Assembly (NCBI RefSeq): GCF_030684315.1
Contig: NC_081404.1
Coordinates: 13,707,140 to 13,771,139, forward strand
Length of the DNA: 64,000 nucleotides
Reading direction: 5' to 3'
DNA from: Stegostoma tigrinum
Lineage: Eukaryota
The notes under the pieces are model-generated. The model was not told where the DNA came from and did no database searches. It saw nothing but the letters and a program-made list of their open reading frames with translations. A program made the position numbers and the translations under genes. Every line of letters begins with the position of its first letter. The first letter of the stretch is position 1. Shown here in pieces: positions 21,686 through 36,701 of the stretch.

Positions 21686-24429
21686 TGGATAGAGCAGGGA
21701 CAGGAACGGTTGTTGCAGGTTCCGGGATTTAGATGTTTCAGTAAGAACAGAGAAGATGGTAAAAGGGTCGGAGGTGTGGCATTGTTGGTCAAGGGCAGTA
21801 TTACAGTTGCAGAAAGGATGTTTGGGGACTCCTCAACTGAGGTAGTATGGGCTGAGGTTAGAAACAGGAAAGGAGAGGTCACCCTGTTGGAAGTTTTCTA
21901 TAGGCCTCCGAATAGTTCCAGAGACGTAGAGGAAAGGATAGCAAAGATGATTCTCGATAGGAGTGAGAGAGACAGGGTAGTTGTCATGGGGGACTTCAAC
22001 TTTCCAGATATTGACTGGGAACACTATAGTTCAAGTACTATAGATGGGTCAGTTTTTGTCCAGTGTGTGCAGGAGGGCTTCCTGACACAGTATGTAGATA
22101 GGCCAACAAGGGGCGAAGCCACATTAGATTTGGTACTGGGTAATGAGCCCGGCCAGGTGTTAGATTTGGAAGTAGGTGAGCACTTTGGTGATAGCGATCA
22201 CAATTCTGTTATGTTTACTTTAGTGATGGAAAGGGATAGGTGTATACCACTGGACAAGAGTTATAGCTGGGGGAAAGGCAGTTACGATGCGTTTAGGCAA
22301 GATCTAGGGAGCATAGGATGGGGAAGGAAATTGCAGGGGATGGGCACATTGGAAATGTGGAGCTTCATCAAGGAAAAGCTCCTGTGTGTCCTAGGTAAGT
22401 ATGTACCTGTCAGGCAGGGAGGATGCTGTAGAGTGCGGGAACTGTGGTTTACGAAGGAGGTGGAATCTCTGGTCAAGAGGAAGAAGAAGGCTTATGTTAG
22501 GATCAGATGTGAAGGCTCAGTTAGGGCACTTGAGGGCTACGAGGTAGCCAGGAAAGACCTAAAGAGAGAGCTCAGAAGAGCCAGGAGGAGACATGAGAAG
22601 TTGTTGGCAGATAGGATCAGGGTAAACCCTAAGGCTTTCTATAGGTATTTAAGGAATAAAAGAATGACGAAAGTAAGATTAGGCCCAATCAAGGATAGTA
22701 GTGGTAAGTTTTGTGTGGACTCAGATGAGATAGGGGAAGCGCTAAATGAATATTTTTCAACAGTATTCACTCTAGAAAACGACAATGTTGTCGAGGAGAA
22801 TACTGAGATACAGGCTACTAGACTAGGTGGGATTGAGGTTCACAAGGAAGAGGTATTAGAATTCCTACAGAGGGTGAAGATAGATAAGTCCCCTGGGCCA
22901 GATGGGATTTATCCTCGGATCCTCTGGGAAGCCAGGGAGGAGATTGCCGAGCCTTTGGCATTGATCTTTAACTCGTCATTGTCTGCAGGAATAGTGCCAG
23001 ATGACTGGAGGATAGCAAATGTGGTTCCCCAGTTCAAGAAGGGGAGTAGAGACAACCCTGGTAATTATAGACCAGTGAGCCTTACCTCAGTTGTTGGTAA
23101 AGTGTTGGAAAAGGTTATAAGGGATAGGATTTATGATCATCTAGAAAAGAATAAATTGATTAGGGATAGTCAGCACGGTTTTGTGAAGGGAAGATCGTTC
23201 CTCACAAACCTTATTGAGTTCTTTGAGAAGGTGACCAAACAGGTAGATGAAAGTAAACCGGTTCATGTGGCGTATATGGATTTCAGCAAGGTGTTCGATA
23301 AGGTTCCCCACAGTAGGCTATTGTACAAAATGCAGAGGAATGGAATTGTGGGAGATATAGCAATTTGGATCGGAAATTGGCTTGCTGAAATAAGACAGAG
23401 GGTGAGTTGATGGGAAATGTTCATCCTGGAGACCAGTTACTAGTGGTGTACCACAAGGGTCGGTGTTGGGTCCACTGCTGTTTGTCATTTTTATAAATGA
23501 CCTGGATAAGGGTGTAGAAGAATGGGTTAGTAAATTTGCAGATGACACTAAGGTCGGTGGAGTTGTGGATAGTGACGAAGGATGCTGTAGGTTGCAGAGA
23601 GACATAGATAAGCTTCAGAGCTGGGCTGAGAGGTGGCAAATGGAGTTTAATGCAGACAAGTGTGAGGTGATGCACTTTGGTAGGAGTAACCAGAAGGCAA
23701 AGCACTGGGCTAATGCTAAGATTCTTAGTAGTGTAGATGAGCAGAGAGATCTCGGTGTCCATGTACACAGATCCTTGAAAGTTGCCACCCAGGTTGACAG
23801 GGCTGTTAAGGAGGCATACAGTGTTTTAGCTTTTATTAATAGAGGGATCGAGTACCGGAACCAAGAGGTTATGGTGAAGCTGTGCAAAACTCTGGTGCAG
23901 CCGCACTTGGAATATTGTGTACATTTCTGGTCACCGCATTGTAAGAAGGATGTGGAAGCTTTGGAAAGGGTGCAGAGGAGATTTACTAGGATGTTGCCTG
24001 GTATGGAGGGAAGGTCTTACGAGGATAGGCTGAGGGACTTCAGGCTGTTTTCATTAGAGAGAAGAAGGTTGAGAGGTGACTTAATTGAAACATCTAAAAT
24101 AATCAGAGGGTTAGATAGGGTGGATAGGGAGAGTCTTTTTCCTCGGATGGTGATGGCGAGCACGAGGGGGCATAGCTTTAAATTGAGGGGTGAAAGATAT
24201 AGGACAGATGTCAGAGGTAGTTTCTTTACTCAGAGAGTAGTAAGGGAATGGAATGCTTTGCCTGCAACAGTAGAAGATTCGCCAACTTTCGGTACATTTA
24301 AGTCGTCATTGGACAAGCATATGGACGTAAATGGAATAGTGTAGGTCAGATGGGCTTGAGATCGGTATGACAGGTCGGCACAACATCGAGGGCCGAAGGG
24401 CCTGTACTGTGCTGTAATGTTCTATGTTC
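21686..24429 (+). mobile_element. 5'-truncated CR1 LINE, spacer 2 copy
   Basis: ORFs 21647-23410 and 23463-24344, same frameshift. Confidence 0.95.
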
Positions 24430-24639
24430 CTGTGGCAATACAGAAGCATCCCATAAGCAACATCCATTGGTTAAAGGGAAAATTCAGACACAGATTCTCA
24501 CACACATTTCTCCAGTCTAGGAGGGAAATATCACCCGGAGAAAATACAAAGAAAGTAGCGACCCGGAGACATTCACTCAAGCTCCCAACTCTGTTGAGAC
24601 TCCAACAGCTTCTGATGCTGCATGAAAAAGTCCCGAAAT

Positions 24640-26829
24640 CTATAGACAATAGACAATAGCTACTGGAATCGGCCATTCGGCACTTCGAGCCACCACCCCC
24701 ATTCGTTATGATCACGGATGATCATCCACAGTCAGTATCCTGTTCCTGCCTTCTCCCCATAACCCTGGATTCCACTGTCTTTAAGAGCTAATATCTATCT
24801 CTTTCTTCAAAGCATCCAGAGAGTTAGCCTCCACTGCCATCTTGGGCAGAGCATTCCATATATCCACCAGTCTCTGACTAAAGAAGTTTCTCCTCAACTC
24901 TGTTCTAAATGGCCTAGCCCTTATTTTTAAACTGTGTCCTCTGGTTCTGGACTCACCCGTCAGCGGAAACATGCTTCCTGCCTCCAAAGTCTCCAATCCC
25001 TGAATAAACTTATACGCCTCAATCAGATCCACTCTCATCATTCTCAGCTCAAGTGTATACAAGCACAGTCGCTCCAATCTTTCAACATCCGATAGTCCCG
25101 CCATTCTGGGAATTGACCTCGTGAGCCTACATTGCACTCCCTCAATAGCAACAATGTCCTTCCTCAAATTTGGAGACCAAAACTGCACACAAAACTCCAG
25201 GTGCAGTCTCACCAGGGCCCTGTACAGCTGAAGAAGGACCTCTTTGCTCCGACACTCAATTCCTCTTGTTATGAAGGCCAGCATGTAATTAGCTTTCTTC
25301 ACTGCCTGCTGTACCTGCATGCTTGCTTTCATTGGCTAATTGACAAGAACACCTAGGTCTCGTTGTACTTCCCCTTTACCGAAATTGACTCCATGGAGGT
25401 AGAAATCTGCCTTCCTGTTCTTGCCACCAAAGTGTATAACTGCACATTTATCCACATTAAACTGCATCTGCCATGCATCCGACCTCTCAACCAACTTGTC
25501 CAAGTCACCCTGTAGTCTCAAAACATCCTCCTCACATTTCACACTGCCACCCAACTTTGTGTCATCTGCAAATTTGCTAGTAATACTTTTAATGCCTTCA
25601 TCTATATCATTAATATATATCGTAAACAGCTGCGGTCCCAGCACCGAATCTTGTGGTACCCAACTGGGCAATGCCTGCCATCCGAAAGGGTTGTGTTTAT
25701 CACTACACTTTGCTTCCTGTCAGCCAGCCAATTTTCAGTCCAACTCAGTATTTTGCCCCCAATACCATGTGCCCCAATTTTGTTCACCAATCTCCGATGT
25801 GGGACTTTATCAAAGGCTTTCTGAAAGTCCAGGTACACCACATCCACTGTTTCTCCCTTAACCATCTTCAGAGATAGATTCTCCAAAAAATCCAGAAGGT
25901 TAGTCAAGCACGATTTCCCCTTCGTAAATCCATGCTGACTCTGACCGATTCTGTTCCTGCTATCCAAATGAATCGTAATTTCATCTTTTATAATTGACTC
26001 CAGCATCTTTCCCACCACTGATGTCAGGCTAACCGGTCTATCATTTCCTCTTTTCCCTCTCCCTCCTTTCTTGAAAAGTGCGACAACATTTGCCAGCCTC
26101 CCATTCACAGGAACTGATCCTGAATCTATCGACCCTTGGAACATAATTACCAACGAGTCCACAATTTCTGGAGCCACCTCCTGAAGTACCGTGGGATGCA
26201 CACCATCAGGTCCCGGGGACTTATCGGCCTTCAGACCGAACAGTCTATCCAACACCTTTTCCTGCCTAAGAGAAATACCCTTCAGTTCGTCCATTACCCT
26301 AGGTCCTTCAGCCACTATTGCATCTGGGAGATTTCTTGTGTCTTCCCTAGTGAAGACAGATCTAAAGTACCTATTCAATTCTTCCTCCATTTCCTTGTTC
26401 CCCATGTTCAATTCACCCGTTTCTGACTTCAAGGGCCCAATTTTAGTCTGAACCATTTTTTTTTCTTTTCACATCGCTAAAAAAGCTTTTACTATCCTCC
26501 TTTATATTTTTGGCCAGTTTTCTTTCATAGCTCATTTTTTCACTGTTTATTGCCTTTTTACTTATCGGCTGTTGCTCTTTAAAAGCTTCCCAGTCCTCCC
26601 GCTTCCCACTCATCTTTGCTATGTTATACTTCTCTCTTATCTTTATGCAGTCCTTAACTTGACTCGTCAGCCATGAGCTGATCCTGCACCTTCTGCATGA
26701 TATCCAGAAATACCTGCCACTGTTGTTCCACTGCCATCCGTGCGAGGGGATTGTACTATTGAACTTTGGCCAGCTCCTCCCATATAGCTGCATAGTTCCC
26801 TTCATTCAACTCAATGCTGACACATCCGG
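24640..26829 (-). mobile_element. Decayed CR1 LINE, spacer 2 copy
   Basis: ORF pieces 24781-26805, copy of 8491-10680. Confidence 0.92.
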
Positions 26830-29105
26830 AACGGACCCCACCTCTTCAGGCTTTATTTTTTTCAAAATCCAAGACTTTATCACCTGTTTACTAAAAAGGG
26901 TCTTGATGAGCCAGCTCCAAACCTCTGCCTTACAATGTCTCCGAGAGCACACAGGACAAAATAACCTCTTCAAATGACAGCACACCATTCAGTACACCAC
27001 CGCCGAAACCGCTCAGTTCACACTCACGGAAACTAATGAGTGCACCATCCTTGAAAGCACCCCGGCACCATCACTGAAACTGCGCAATACCCCAGTATTG
27101 ATACATCCTGGCTGTCAATTAGCTGAGTCGGCTGGGCAGTTGTTTTGCGATGCAGATTGATGGCAGCAGCACGCGTCGAGCCCGTGCAGTGCCTGCGACC
27201 ACCTTGCCGATCCTGCCTTCTCAAGCTTCCGTCTTGCCTGAGGCATGGTGACCCGCTGGTTAAGCTGACAACCAGTTTTCCCTCACTGTATTGCAGGCAC
27301 TTTCCGCCCGAACTGTGTGAGCCGGCACTGCACGCACACCTAGTTTGAAGGCAAGACAGCAGAGTAACATTTCTGTCTTTTGCAATGATGTGTTCAATGA
27401 TTGCAATTCTCTGGTTTTGCGAGACTGTGTCGAGGCACAGAAGCAAACATGTTGGTGCTGATAACACACATCCATATCCCGACATGATGTTGCATGGTGT
27501 GCATTGAGGAAGTGCTGCACCATGAGCAGACAAACGGAAGTCGCTGCTGCATGCAATATTCACAGATCTGCTGCACAGACATTAGTTTTGCGTCACAAGG
27601 ATTTTTAGGGCTCCCGTTCCGTCTTTCGTGACATGGTCAAGGTGCTTCCGCTAAGTCGTTGGTTTGCGCTCAGTGGACAGATGGCCACCGGGTCAAAGCA
27701 GGATGAGTTTGCAGCTGCATGACACCTTCACTTTCTGGCTGTGTGTATAATGCTGTTCCCTTTTGAACAGTCTCACGTTGCCGCGATACGCAGCACCCTC
27801 CCTGACATGACCCAGCACCAACGGCAGCTGCTTTGGGCCTGGCCTCAAACATTTCCATTCCCATTGAGCACTTGTGCTTTTCAGCAAAATGGAAGCTACA
27901 AATGGCAGCTCTTTCAGACGTGCGTTCTGTGTGTCTAACTGAGTCTGCACCTGCCCACTTATCCCCCGAGCTGCAAGGATATCTGGTCAATAGGTCAGCA
28001 TTTCCGGGGAACCGACACTTTCCCATTCACATCCAGCCTTCCGCGGATTATCGTCTCCCCACTGATATATTCAGCTGTCCCCCAGGGCCTTTTCACTTTT
28101 CTCATCACCATTATGTTCGTAGCCCTTTTCCCGCAGCACTGGCAACCGAATACCCGCCACCTAACCCTGACTTTCTGTGGATGGACACCTCACATTGACC
28201 GTGGTGCACCACTTCAGCTGCTTCGCTGTGCAGCCCTGATCAATGAGTGACCAGAACCCTGACTGATACTTCTGCAGCTCTGCTACTCTGTTCCTGTGTC
28301 TCGCTGGACTGATTGCAATGGATCCACGCGGCTGACCAGAGCCAACTCTCCAGGCTGCACTGCTATGGGCCACCGAACCGTCAGCACTCTAAGCGCCTCA
28401 CACCTTGCCCAAGCCCCTGGACTGATATCATAGACAGCCCAGAACTTTACAAATCCCAAAGGCGTTATTCATGTCGCCAGATTGCACACCTTCCAATTAT
28501 ACCGTTTTGGTACTGCAACGCATTCTTTGCCTTGCATCACAGCGGCATCCACTAGCTCCCTCAGGCTTCATTCTGCCTTATTTATTTACTTTTATTGTAA
28601 ATAATCAACACTGCTCTTCCCGATAAGCTCATTATAACACTGTAGTGAAGTTTTCTAATATTCACGAAGCCTTACAATCCCTGAAACATCTGTTCAATTT
28701 AAACAGTGGTGAACAAAATACTCAACGTCCCCATTTGACTGGAATGTCGCCATTTATTTAACCGTGTGTTTGGGGGTTTGGTGGTTGTACAATGTGGGTG
28801 GGTGTAATGGTGCACAGCGCTCAATTCCCATGGGCTCTCTGCCCGCTCTCACGCAATCTTCCATTGCTAATTTTCATGAGACTGCCCAAGTCAGAAAAGC
28901 AGCTCGTCGCTCTCTCCAAACTCCGTCATTCACCAAATTCCAAGGTCCAGATCGTGTTGCAAGTTGCACTCAGTGACCAGCTGCCTTCCAATCTCATTGA
29001 TTTCCAGAAACTGCGACGAAGATCATTCGTCGGTGGGAGCCTGAGACTTGCTTGCTGGTCTGGCCATATCCAAGATTCAGACGCGACCAGAAAAGCTGCA
29101 AACTG

Positions 29106-29630
29106 ATCATACAACATAAAACATAGAACATTACAGCACAGTACAGGCCCTTCGGACCTCGATGTTGTGCAGACCTGTCATACCGATCTTAAGCCCATCT
29201 AACCGACACTATTCCATGTACGTCCATATGCTTGTCCAATGACGACTTAAATGTACCTAAAGTTGGCGAATCTACTGCCGTTGCAGGCAAAGCCTTCCTT
29301 TCCCTTACTATTCTCTGAGTAAAGAAACTACCTCTGACATCTGTCCCATATCTTTCACCCCTCAATTTCAAGCTATGCCCCCTCGTGCTCGCCGTCACCA
29401 TCCTAGGAAAAAGGCTCTCCCTATCCACCCTATCTAACTCTCTGATTAGTTTATATGTTTGAATTAAGTCACCTCTCAACCGTCTTCTCTCTGATGAAAA
29501 CAGCCTCAAGTCCCTCAGCCTTACCTCGTAAGACCTTCCCTCCATACCAGGCAACATCCTAGTAAATCTCCTCTGCACCCTTTCCAGAGCTTCCACCTCC
29601 TTCTTACAATGCGGTGACCAGGACTGTTCA
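29106..29630 (-). mobile_element. Short CR1, spacer 2 copy
   Basis: Same element and CAAACTG TSD. Confidence 0.92.
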
Positions 29631-30489
29631 CAAACTGCACTGTAAAGTTCGTTGTGTATATTCAGACGCTGTGACACGACTGTGCAGCAAGTAGGACTGC
29701 AACTCAGGCCTCCTTACTCAGAGCTAGGGACATTCCCACCACATCACCAAAGCGCTGAACTTTCCATTTGATGCTGCTTGTGGAAGAGAAGGCGCTGGAG
29801 ATCCTGTGAATTCACCCGTTTCACCAGTTGGTGGAGCCTCTGGAACACAGTCCTCGGGAACTGCGCGACTGTGCAAAGGGGATCGTTCCAAGCGCCTCTC
29901 ACACACTTCTTGCTCGCTGCATCCTGTCACCCGCACCCCCCAACAAGCACCAAACCAACTCAGCGCTCGAACGCTGTCAGCAAGGCACTTAACAACTTCG
30001 AATCATACGTTCAACATCAGAAACACGATCCAAGAGGCAGATTTTTATGTTCAAAATGTATTCGAAGAAAGGCACGCACTATTTGGGAGGAGACAGTGGC
30101 GAATGTGCAAAGAGGGCAGAGGTGGAGGAATGCCCAGAATGTCTGAGGGTTGGAGGGAGCCCAAACAGGGAGAAAGAAAAGTGGGTTCGGGACCAGAAGG
30201 AGTGTCCGAACATGGAGGGGTGCGCGGGTCGACCGGGATTTGCGAAATCCCGGCTATGAAGTGAATGGGGAAAGCTGGATGTGGGTAATGGGTTGGCAAA
30301 GGGGTGACCATTCAGGAGAAGATGCGGTTGAAGCAGGGACTGCCCAGTTGAGAAAAGGCCTGAAACAGCTGACGATGTAAAATGGGGTGGTGGTTAGGAG
30401 GAGTGGGCGGTGTTGGAGAACCTTGGACTGATTGCAAGTGGCGAGCTAAGCAAAGAATCAGGTGTTGGCGCTCGGCAAAGGTGCAGGTC

Positions 30490-30620
30490 CCACCTCTCCT
30501 CCCCGGCCCAGGGGCACAGGGCGGCGGCTGGTTCCTCCCCTCTCCGGCTTGCTCCATTCTGGGCGGTTCCTTGTCAACAGACAGCCCCTTGGCCAACCCA
30601 GACTCACACGGACATAAAAG
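30490..30620 (+). promoter_or_regulatory. Putative keratin proximal promoter, copy C
   Basis: CATAAAA at 30613-30619 and the same GC boxes as copy B. Confidence 0.6.
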
Positions 30621-30727
30621 CAGCCGAGTCCGTCCTCAGCTCCACCGAGCCGTTCACGTTCTGACTGTGCTCTCTCTCTCTCTCTCTGTCTCTGCGAGTC
30701 TGTGTCTACGTCGTGAAAAACCTCGAA

Positions 30728-33700
30728 ATGACATCGAAAATCATCAGCAGCACCACCAGCACCTCCCGCAGCAGCAGGAGCCGAGGGGGAGGCCCAATTG
30801 GCGGAGCAGCCGGGTTTTCCACTGGACTGATCCTGTCGGGAAGCGGAGGGGGTGTTCGGGGACCCAGGAGCTCCCAAAGTGTCATCCTGAGACCGACACA
30901 GTCCGTTTCAAGCGCCCGAATCTCCCGAGGCTCGGTGTTGGGCTCCAGCAGATATGGTGGCGGCGGTGGATCGAGCTTCAGCCGAATAAGTGTCGGTGCG
31001 GCTGGTTTAGGCTCAATGGGCTACCGGGGATATGGGGGAGGTATGTCTCAAGGGCTGATCCAGAGAACCGCTGCCCTGGACCTGAGCACCCCTTTGCCTC
31101 AAATCGATACCACCCAGCGGGCTATCCGAGTGGAGGAGAGCAAGCAGCTTCAGGGACTCAATAACCAGTTCGCGGACTTCGTTGGCAAGGTAATGTTCAG
31201 TGCTGTCCAGGCGGGTGGGTTTGTCAAATACGTCCTCCGTGTCGTTTTCTCTCGTGCCTTGTGGTGTCCGTCGCAACGTCTAACTATCTGTCTCTCCATC
31301 TCACCCCGCCAGGTTCGGTATTTGGAAAGGATCAATACTGAGCTGAATATCAAACTGAAACTTCTGCAGGATCAAGGCGAATACAAATCCAACATCGAGA
31401 GCATGTTCCAGGTCTACATTGACAATCTGAAGAAACAACTGGAGGCACTTGGCCAGGAGAAGCTGAGGTTCGAGGCAGACCTGGTCCAAATGCAAGCTCT
31501 GGTCGAGGACTATAAGGGCAAGTAAGTGAGCTGCAGCTGAGTTTAGTCACGGGTTGCTTCGGAGGCGGGTTCGTGTCCGAACCAAACAGAAATACCAGGG
31601 ACAGAATGAGTTCGCTTTGCCAAACCGGTAGAATGACAGCTGACGGAATTGTCCGCAGCATTGCCATGTAGACCGAACCGAACTGCACAGGGCTGTGCCG
31701 CTTCTCGTCTGCGCGCTCGTTTGATTGAAGTGGGAGCACGGCTGATGCTTCCGACAACATCGTCTGACAGTGTGTGTCTTGTGTCGGAACCGAAAGGTAA
31801 CGACTAGCGGAGACAGAGACAAAACAGGGACGGTGATAGGGATCAGGCTGAAAGACTGAGCATCGGTAAAACAATCTCTTTCGTTCCAGGTACGAAGATG
31901 AAATCAACAAGCGGACAGAAATGGAAAATGAGTTTGTCCTGGTCAAGAAGGTGACTTTTATAACGATGCGCGGTACAGATCCCCGTTTGCGGCGACTCTT
32001 GCTCACTTTTATCAATGCATTTCCTCCCTCTGCTCTTTAGGATGTTGATGACTCGTACATGAGCAAAGTGGAGCTGGAAGCTAAACTGGAAGGTCTGACA
32101 GATGAAATCGATTTCCTGCGGTCTATCTATGAAGAGGTAAACACGTGGCAATGCTCGGGCTGTTATCGTTTTCTGATCTGCTTTCCATTCGAGTCTCATG
32201 CAATGTAGCCCGAATGGTTTTCAATCACCTTGCAATCTTCATCCGCCTCCCCGCCCCCGCCCACATGTAGGAAATCCGGGAGCTGCAAGCCCAGATACAG
32301 AACACATGTGTCAATGTGCAATTGGAGGGCGGTCCGAAATTCGATGTCGAGGAGCTCCTCGCCAATGCCAGGAGGCAGTACGAAGCCTGCGCCCAGCAGA
32401 GCCGCGAGGAAGCGGAAACTTGGAAACAAACCAAGGTGAAGATTACGTGTCGCTGTCGCGTTCTTCTCCAGCGGGCTGCAAAGTGAACTGTGCGACTAAC
32501 GTGTTCCCAATGTCTGTTTGCAGATGCAGGAACTGGCCATGGCGTCTGGACAATGTGGCGATGATCTCAATATGCTGAAGTCAGAGATTAAACAGTCGAC
32601 AGATCAAATCCGGAAACTGAAAGCATCCATCGATGCCCTGAAAAAGGAGGTAGGCAAAGGTGTGAAAGCGAACAGGGTATGGGAAACGGTTGTAAATATC
32701 TGTACGTCTCTTTTACTCTCTCTGTCTTACCTCTCTGTCCGACATTATTATCGGGAAGGCAATAAGGGGATAGGATCAGCTCGGCTGGGTTCTTTTCTGA
32801 CAACGTGGGGGGTCTGACTGCTGTCCTTTCCGATTGGAATCAGTGGCTGGCCAGTCACGCCGCCCTCCGCAAATCATTGCGCGGGGCGGGAGCGTTTTGC
32901 CTCGGTGTCGTTCTGAACACTGAGCTGACCCCAGTAAATACTGAAGAAACTGGCCGAATGAATATTTATGTTCCTCAGCGTCTGAAACTGGAAGATGCAA
33001 TCCGAGAAGCAGAGGAACGCGGCGAGAATTCTCTGAAAGACTCTCGGATGAGGATTAGCGAACTGGAAGAGGCCATCTTGAGAGCCGGGCAAGAGCTTTC
33101 CAAACAAGCCAGGGAGTACGAACAGCTGGTGGGCATCAAGCTTGCACTGGACATTGAAATTGGGACCTACAAGAAAATGCTGGAGGGAGAGGAGGCAAGG
33201 TAAGATCAGGGCCAGTCGCTAATCGCAGCCATCACATTGAGTCCCGTGCTGGCAAATTGCAGTCCGTCCTTGCAGTTGACTGGGAGCTCTGGTCTCTGAG
33301 AATGGAATGGACTGCAGGCACTGGGAGTGACAATCACTTCATTATCTACATGTCCCGGGTAAAGGTCAGCTGTCCCGTTCCTCACGCTCCCATGGCCTGC
33401 TGGCCCCTGCTGCCTGTGACAGCAGCACCTAAAGACTGGGCACTTTGCCTGAGGCGAAGGAAGCTGACAGTGCCCTTTCAGAAGTGCATCCCAGCAGATG
33501 TCAGAGTCTCTGGGTGAGGGAGGAACTTGGGAAAACGGAGTGAAAGGGTGACTGTGATTTCCTGCAATTTCCTGCTGCGATCTGAGTGTGTTTCATTTCT
33601 CAACAGGATGGCAAGTGGGGTTAAAACCCTCAACATCCAGCAAGTACAGAGCCAAGGTAAGAGAATTTGCGGTCCAAGTGAAGTGTGATGATTCTTTCTG

Positions 33701-34313
33701 GTCAGGTTCTGCTCAGCTTCATTCCAATCAGCCATCATCATTTCCCACCTTCAACATCAGATGCTTGTATCATTTGGCCTTGTCAAATGATCGGTAATCA
33801 CCAGCCCTTGCCAGCCTACTTCACATCCCTGATTGACATCACCCAACCAGCTTTCAGTTCATGAGGCTCCAATTCTAAGAATTCCGTCTGTCAGCATTTC
33901 CTTCATTCTCCTTCCCAGTCGCCTCCTTCAAGGGCTAGATTTTCCGCATGCTTTTTCTCATCGTCCTGATGGATTTATAGGGTTTCAAATTGTTTCTTGG
34001 AGAAAGCGGCTGCAAAACATCTAGGGCTGTCGTACTTTGCGAAAGATACAACACAAATTGAGTTACTTTATCATTTTGCAATTATACTTTCAATTGTAGC
34101 ACCAAGATGACAAGAAAAGTTTTTTTTTCTCTCTCTCTCTGTGCCCCTTTGACAGGTGGTTTGCAACAAGGCTTGGGTTGGGGAGCTGGATCATCTTCCT
34201 ATGAGACCTCACTGAGTTCAAGTGGCTCGTACGCGAGCAACAGAGCGACGGTGGGTGGACGAACCACGTATGAGGTGTCGAGCACAGGACTCAGTCAACA
34301 AGGGATCATTTGA
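30728..34313 (+). CDS. Type II keratin-like gene, copy C, complete, 515 aa (one Ser codon deleted in head)
   Basis: Exons 30728-31189, 31313-31521, 31890-31950, 32041-32136, 32271-32435, 32524-32649, 32979-33199, 33607-33656, 34156-34313. Splice sites and frame intact. Confidence 0.95.
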
Positions 34314-34498
34314 AACCATCAGTGCCTCCCAGCCGTTCATTGTCAGAGGTTATACTTTCCCTCAGTACTGTTTTTAGAGCGGTGGTTGACATCTTTATAT
34401 TCACTTCATGTCTGCTACTCGGAATGACTGCATTAACCTGTTCACGTTTCATACTTAAATGACATGAAGTCTACAGCGACATCTTCATCAGTTGACAA

Positions 34499-34504
34499 AA
34501 TAAA
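34499..34504 (+). terminator. Polyadenylation signal, copy C
   Basis: AATAAA with a GT-rich downstream element. Confidence 0.7.
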
Positions 34505-36701
34505 GTAAACTTTGTGAAAGTTTGGGTTTGTGGGAAATGCAGTCAGGACGTTCACACTGTATTTGTTGGTATCTTTAAAATGGGAATTAAAGCAAAGCTT
34601 TCGCTGTTGAACTCTGTTTCACTTTGATGTGTAATTTTGTTCGTTGATTTACCTTATGGCATTGCTGTCCGGCTGAATAAACGTGTAAACTGCACAACTC
34701 GATTGCTTTTTGAGCAGCACAATGTTAAATGAATGAAAAGGACAATGCTCATCCATTGTTGTGTAATTCAAGAAGTGCCCACTCCAATATCGTTACATTT
34801 CGACAAGTATGATGACACGTAGAAAGACGTCTTTGTAGTTAGCATGTCGGCACAAATACCCCAACACTGAAAATAAGCTGTCAGCCTGAATGAAACTATT
34901 CAGTCCAACATCAGTGAAACCACTGTTGTGAATCTGACCAGATTCCCTCAAAATATTTTACCAACTTATCTAGACCTTCACTCGTTCTGATCAGAAATGT
35001 AAATATAATGTGTGTGTCCCAAATGAACTACGACTCATCAAACCACATGATGTTAAGCTCTACTTAAAATACAACCAAGGAAGGAAGCATTTGGAATAAC
35101 AACTGTATTGGAAATCTTCATAGAAGAATAAATACAGTAATTATTACTTACTTCCTTATAGAGATTTATAAAATCATGAGGGGCATGGATCGGGTGAATA
35201 CCCAAAGTTTTTTCCCTAGGGTGGGGGAAGTTCAAAACTTTAAGGTGAAAGGGGAAAGATATTGAAGGGGCCTCAGGGGAACGTCTTCACGCAGAGGGTG
35301 ATGCGTGTTATGGAATGAGCTACCGGAAGAGGTGGTGGTGGCTGGAACAATTGCAACATTTAAAAGGCATTTGGATGGATATATGAATGAGGGGTGCTGG
35401 CAAATGGGACTAGATTAATTTAGCATATCTGGGCAGCATGCACATAGGGAAGGGGCCAAATCAAAATATGGAGCGGGAAGGGGAGATGAGGCACTCTAAC
35501 CGCTGCTATGTCTACTTTTCTCTAAAGACACTAGAATATTGGTGAACACCTATCCAAGTACACCTAGGCATGAATGTAACTGCAGGCAGGAGTGATATGG
35601 ACCAGTCAACAGTTGACAACGACAACAACAACGCTGGAAAAGCTCAGCAGGTCTGAAAAAGACAATGTTGACGTGAAGAATATTGAGATACAGGCTATTA
35701 GACTAGATGGGATTAAGGTTCACAAGGAGGAAGTGTTAGCAATTCTGGAATATGTGAAAATAGATAAGTCCCTGGGCCTGATGGGATGTATCCTAGGATT
35801 CTCTGGGAAGCTAGGGAGGAGATTGTAGAGCCAGAGAGATAGTAGGAACTGCCGATGTTGGAGAATCTGAGATAACACTGTGTGAAGCTGGATGAACACA
35901 GTGGACCAAGCAGCATCAGAGGAACTGGAAAGCTTGACATTTTGGGTCGGGACCCTTCTTCTGTTCACAATAATCCATACATGATCTGACCACAGCCTTA
36001 TACAGCCTTAGCAAAACATCTCTGCTACTATATTCTGGCACTTGAAATGAATGCCAACATTGTATTTGCCTTCCTAACTGCCAACTGAACTTGCATGTTA
36101 ACCGTTAGGGAATCCTGCACTAACACTCATAAATGACTTTATGCTTCAGATTTCCAATGCCTTTCCCCAATTTATGAAACAGTCTACTTTTATTTATTTT
36201 ACCAAAGTGCATAGTATCACGTTTTCCCACATTGGATTCTATCTCCCACTTCTTTGCCCATTCTCTTAGTCTCTCCAGGACCTTTGCAGCCTGCCTTCTG
36301 CAACTGTATTCGGGTCACCTGCAAATTTAGCAACAGTGCCCTCAGCTGTTTTGTCCAAATCGTATATTGTGGATAGTTGTGATCCCTACAGGACTCCACT
36401 AGTCATCAGCTGAAAAAGATCCGTTTATCTTCACTCACTGCTTTCTGCCACTCACATTCTATCCATGCCAGTACCTTGCGCCAACACATGGGGCCTTATT
36501 TTATTTAGCAAGCTCCTGCATGGTACCTTGTCAAAAGCTTTCTGGAAATCCAAATAGATCACACCCCGGCTCTCTTTTGTCTAATTTGCTCCTCAAAGAA
36601 TTCTAACAGAATTGTCAGGTGTGACTTCCCCTTAATGAAACCAAGCTGACTCAGCTGTATTTTCCCATGCACTTACAAGTACTCTGCAAACTCATCCTTA
36701 A

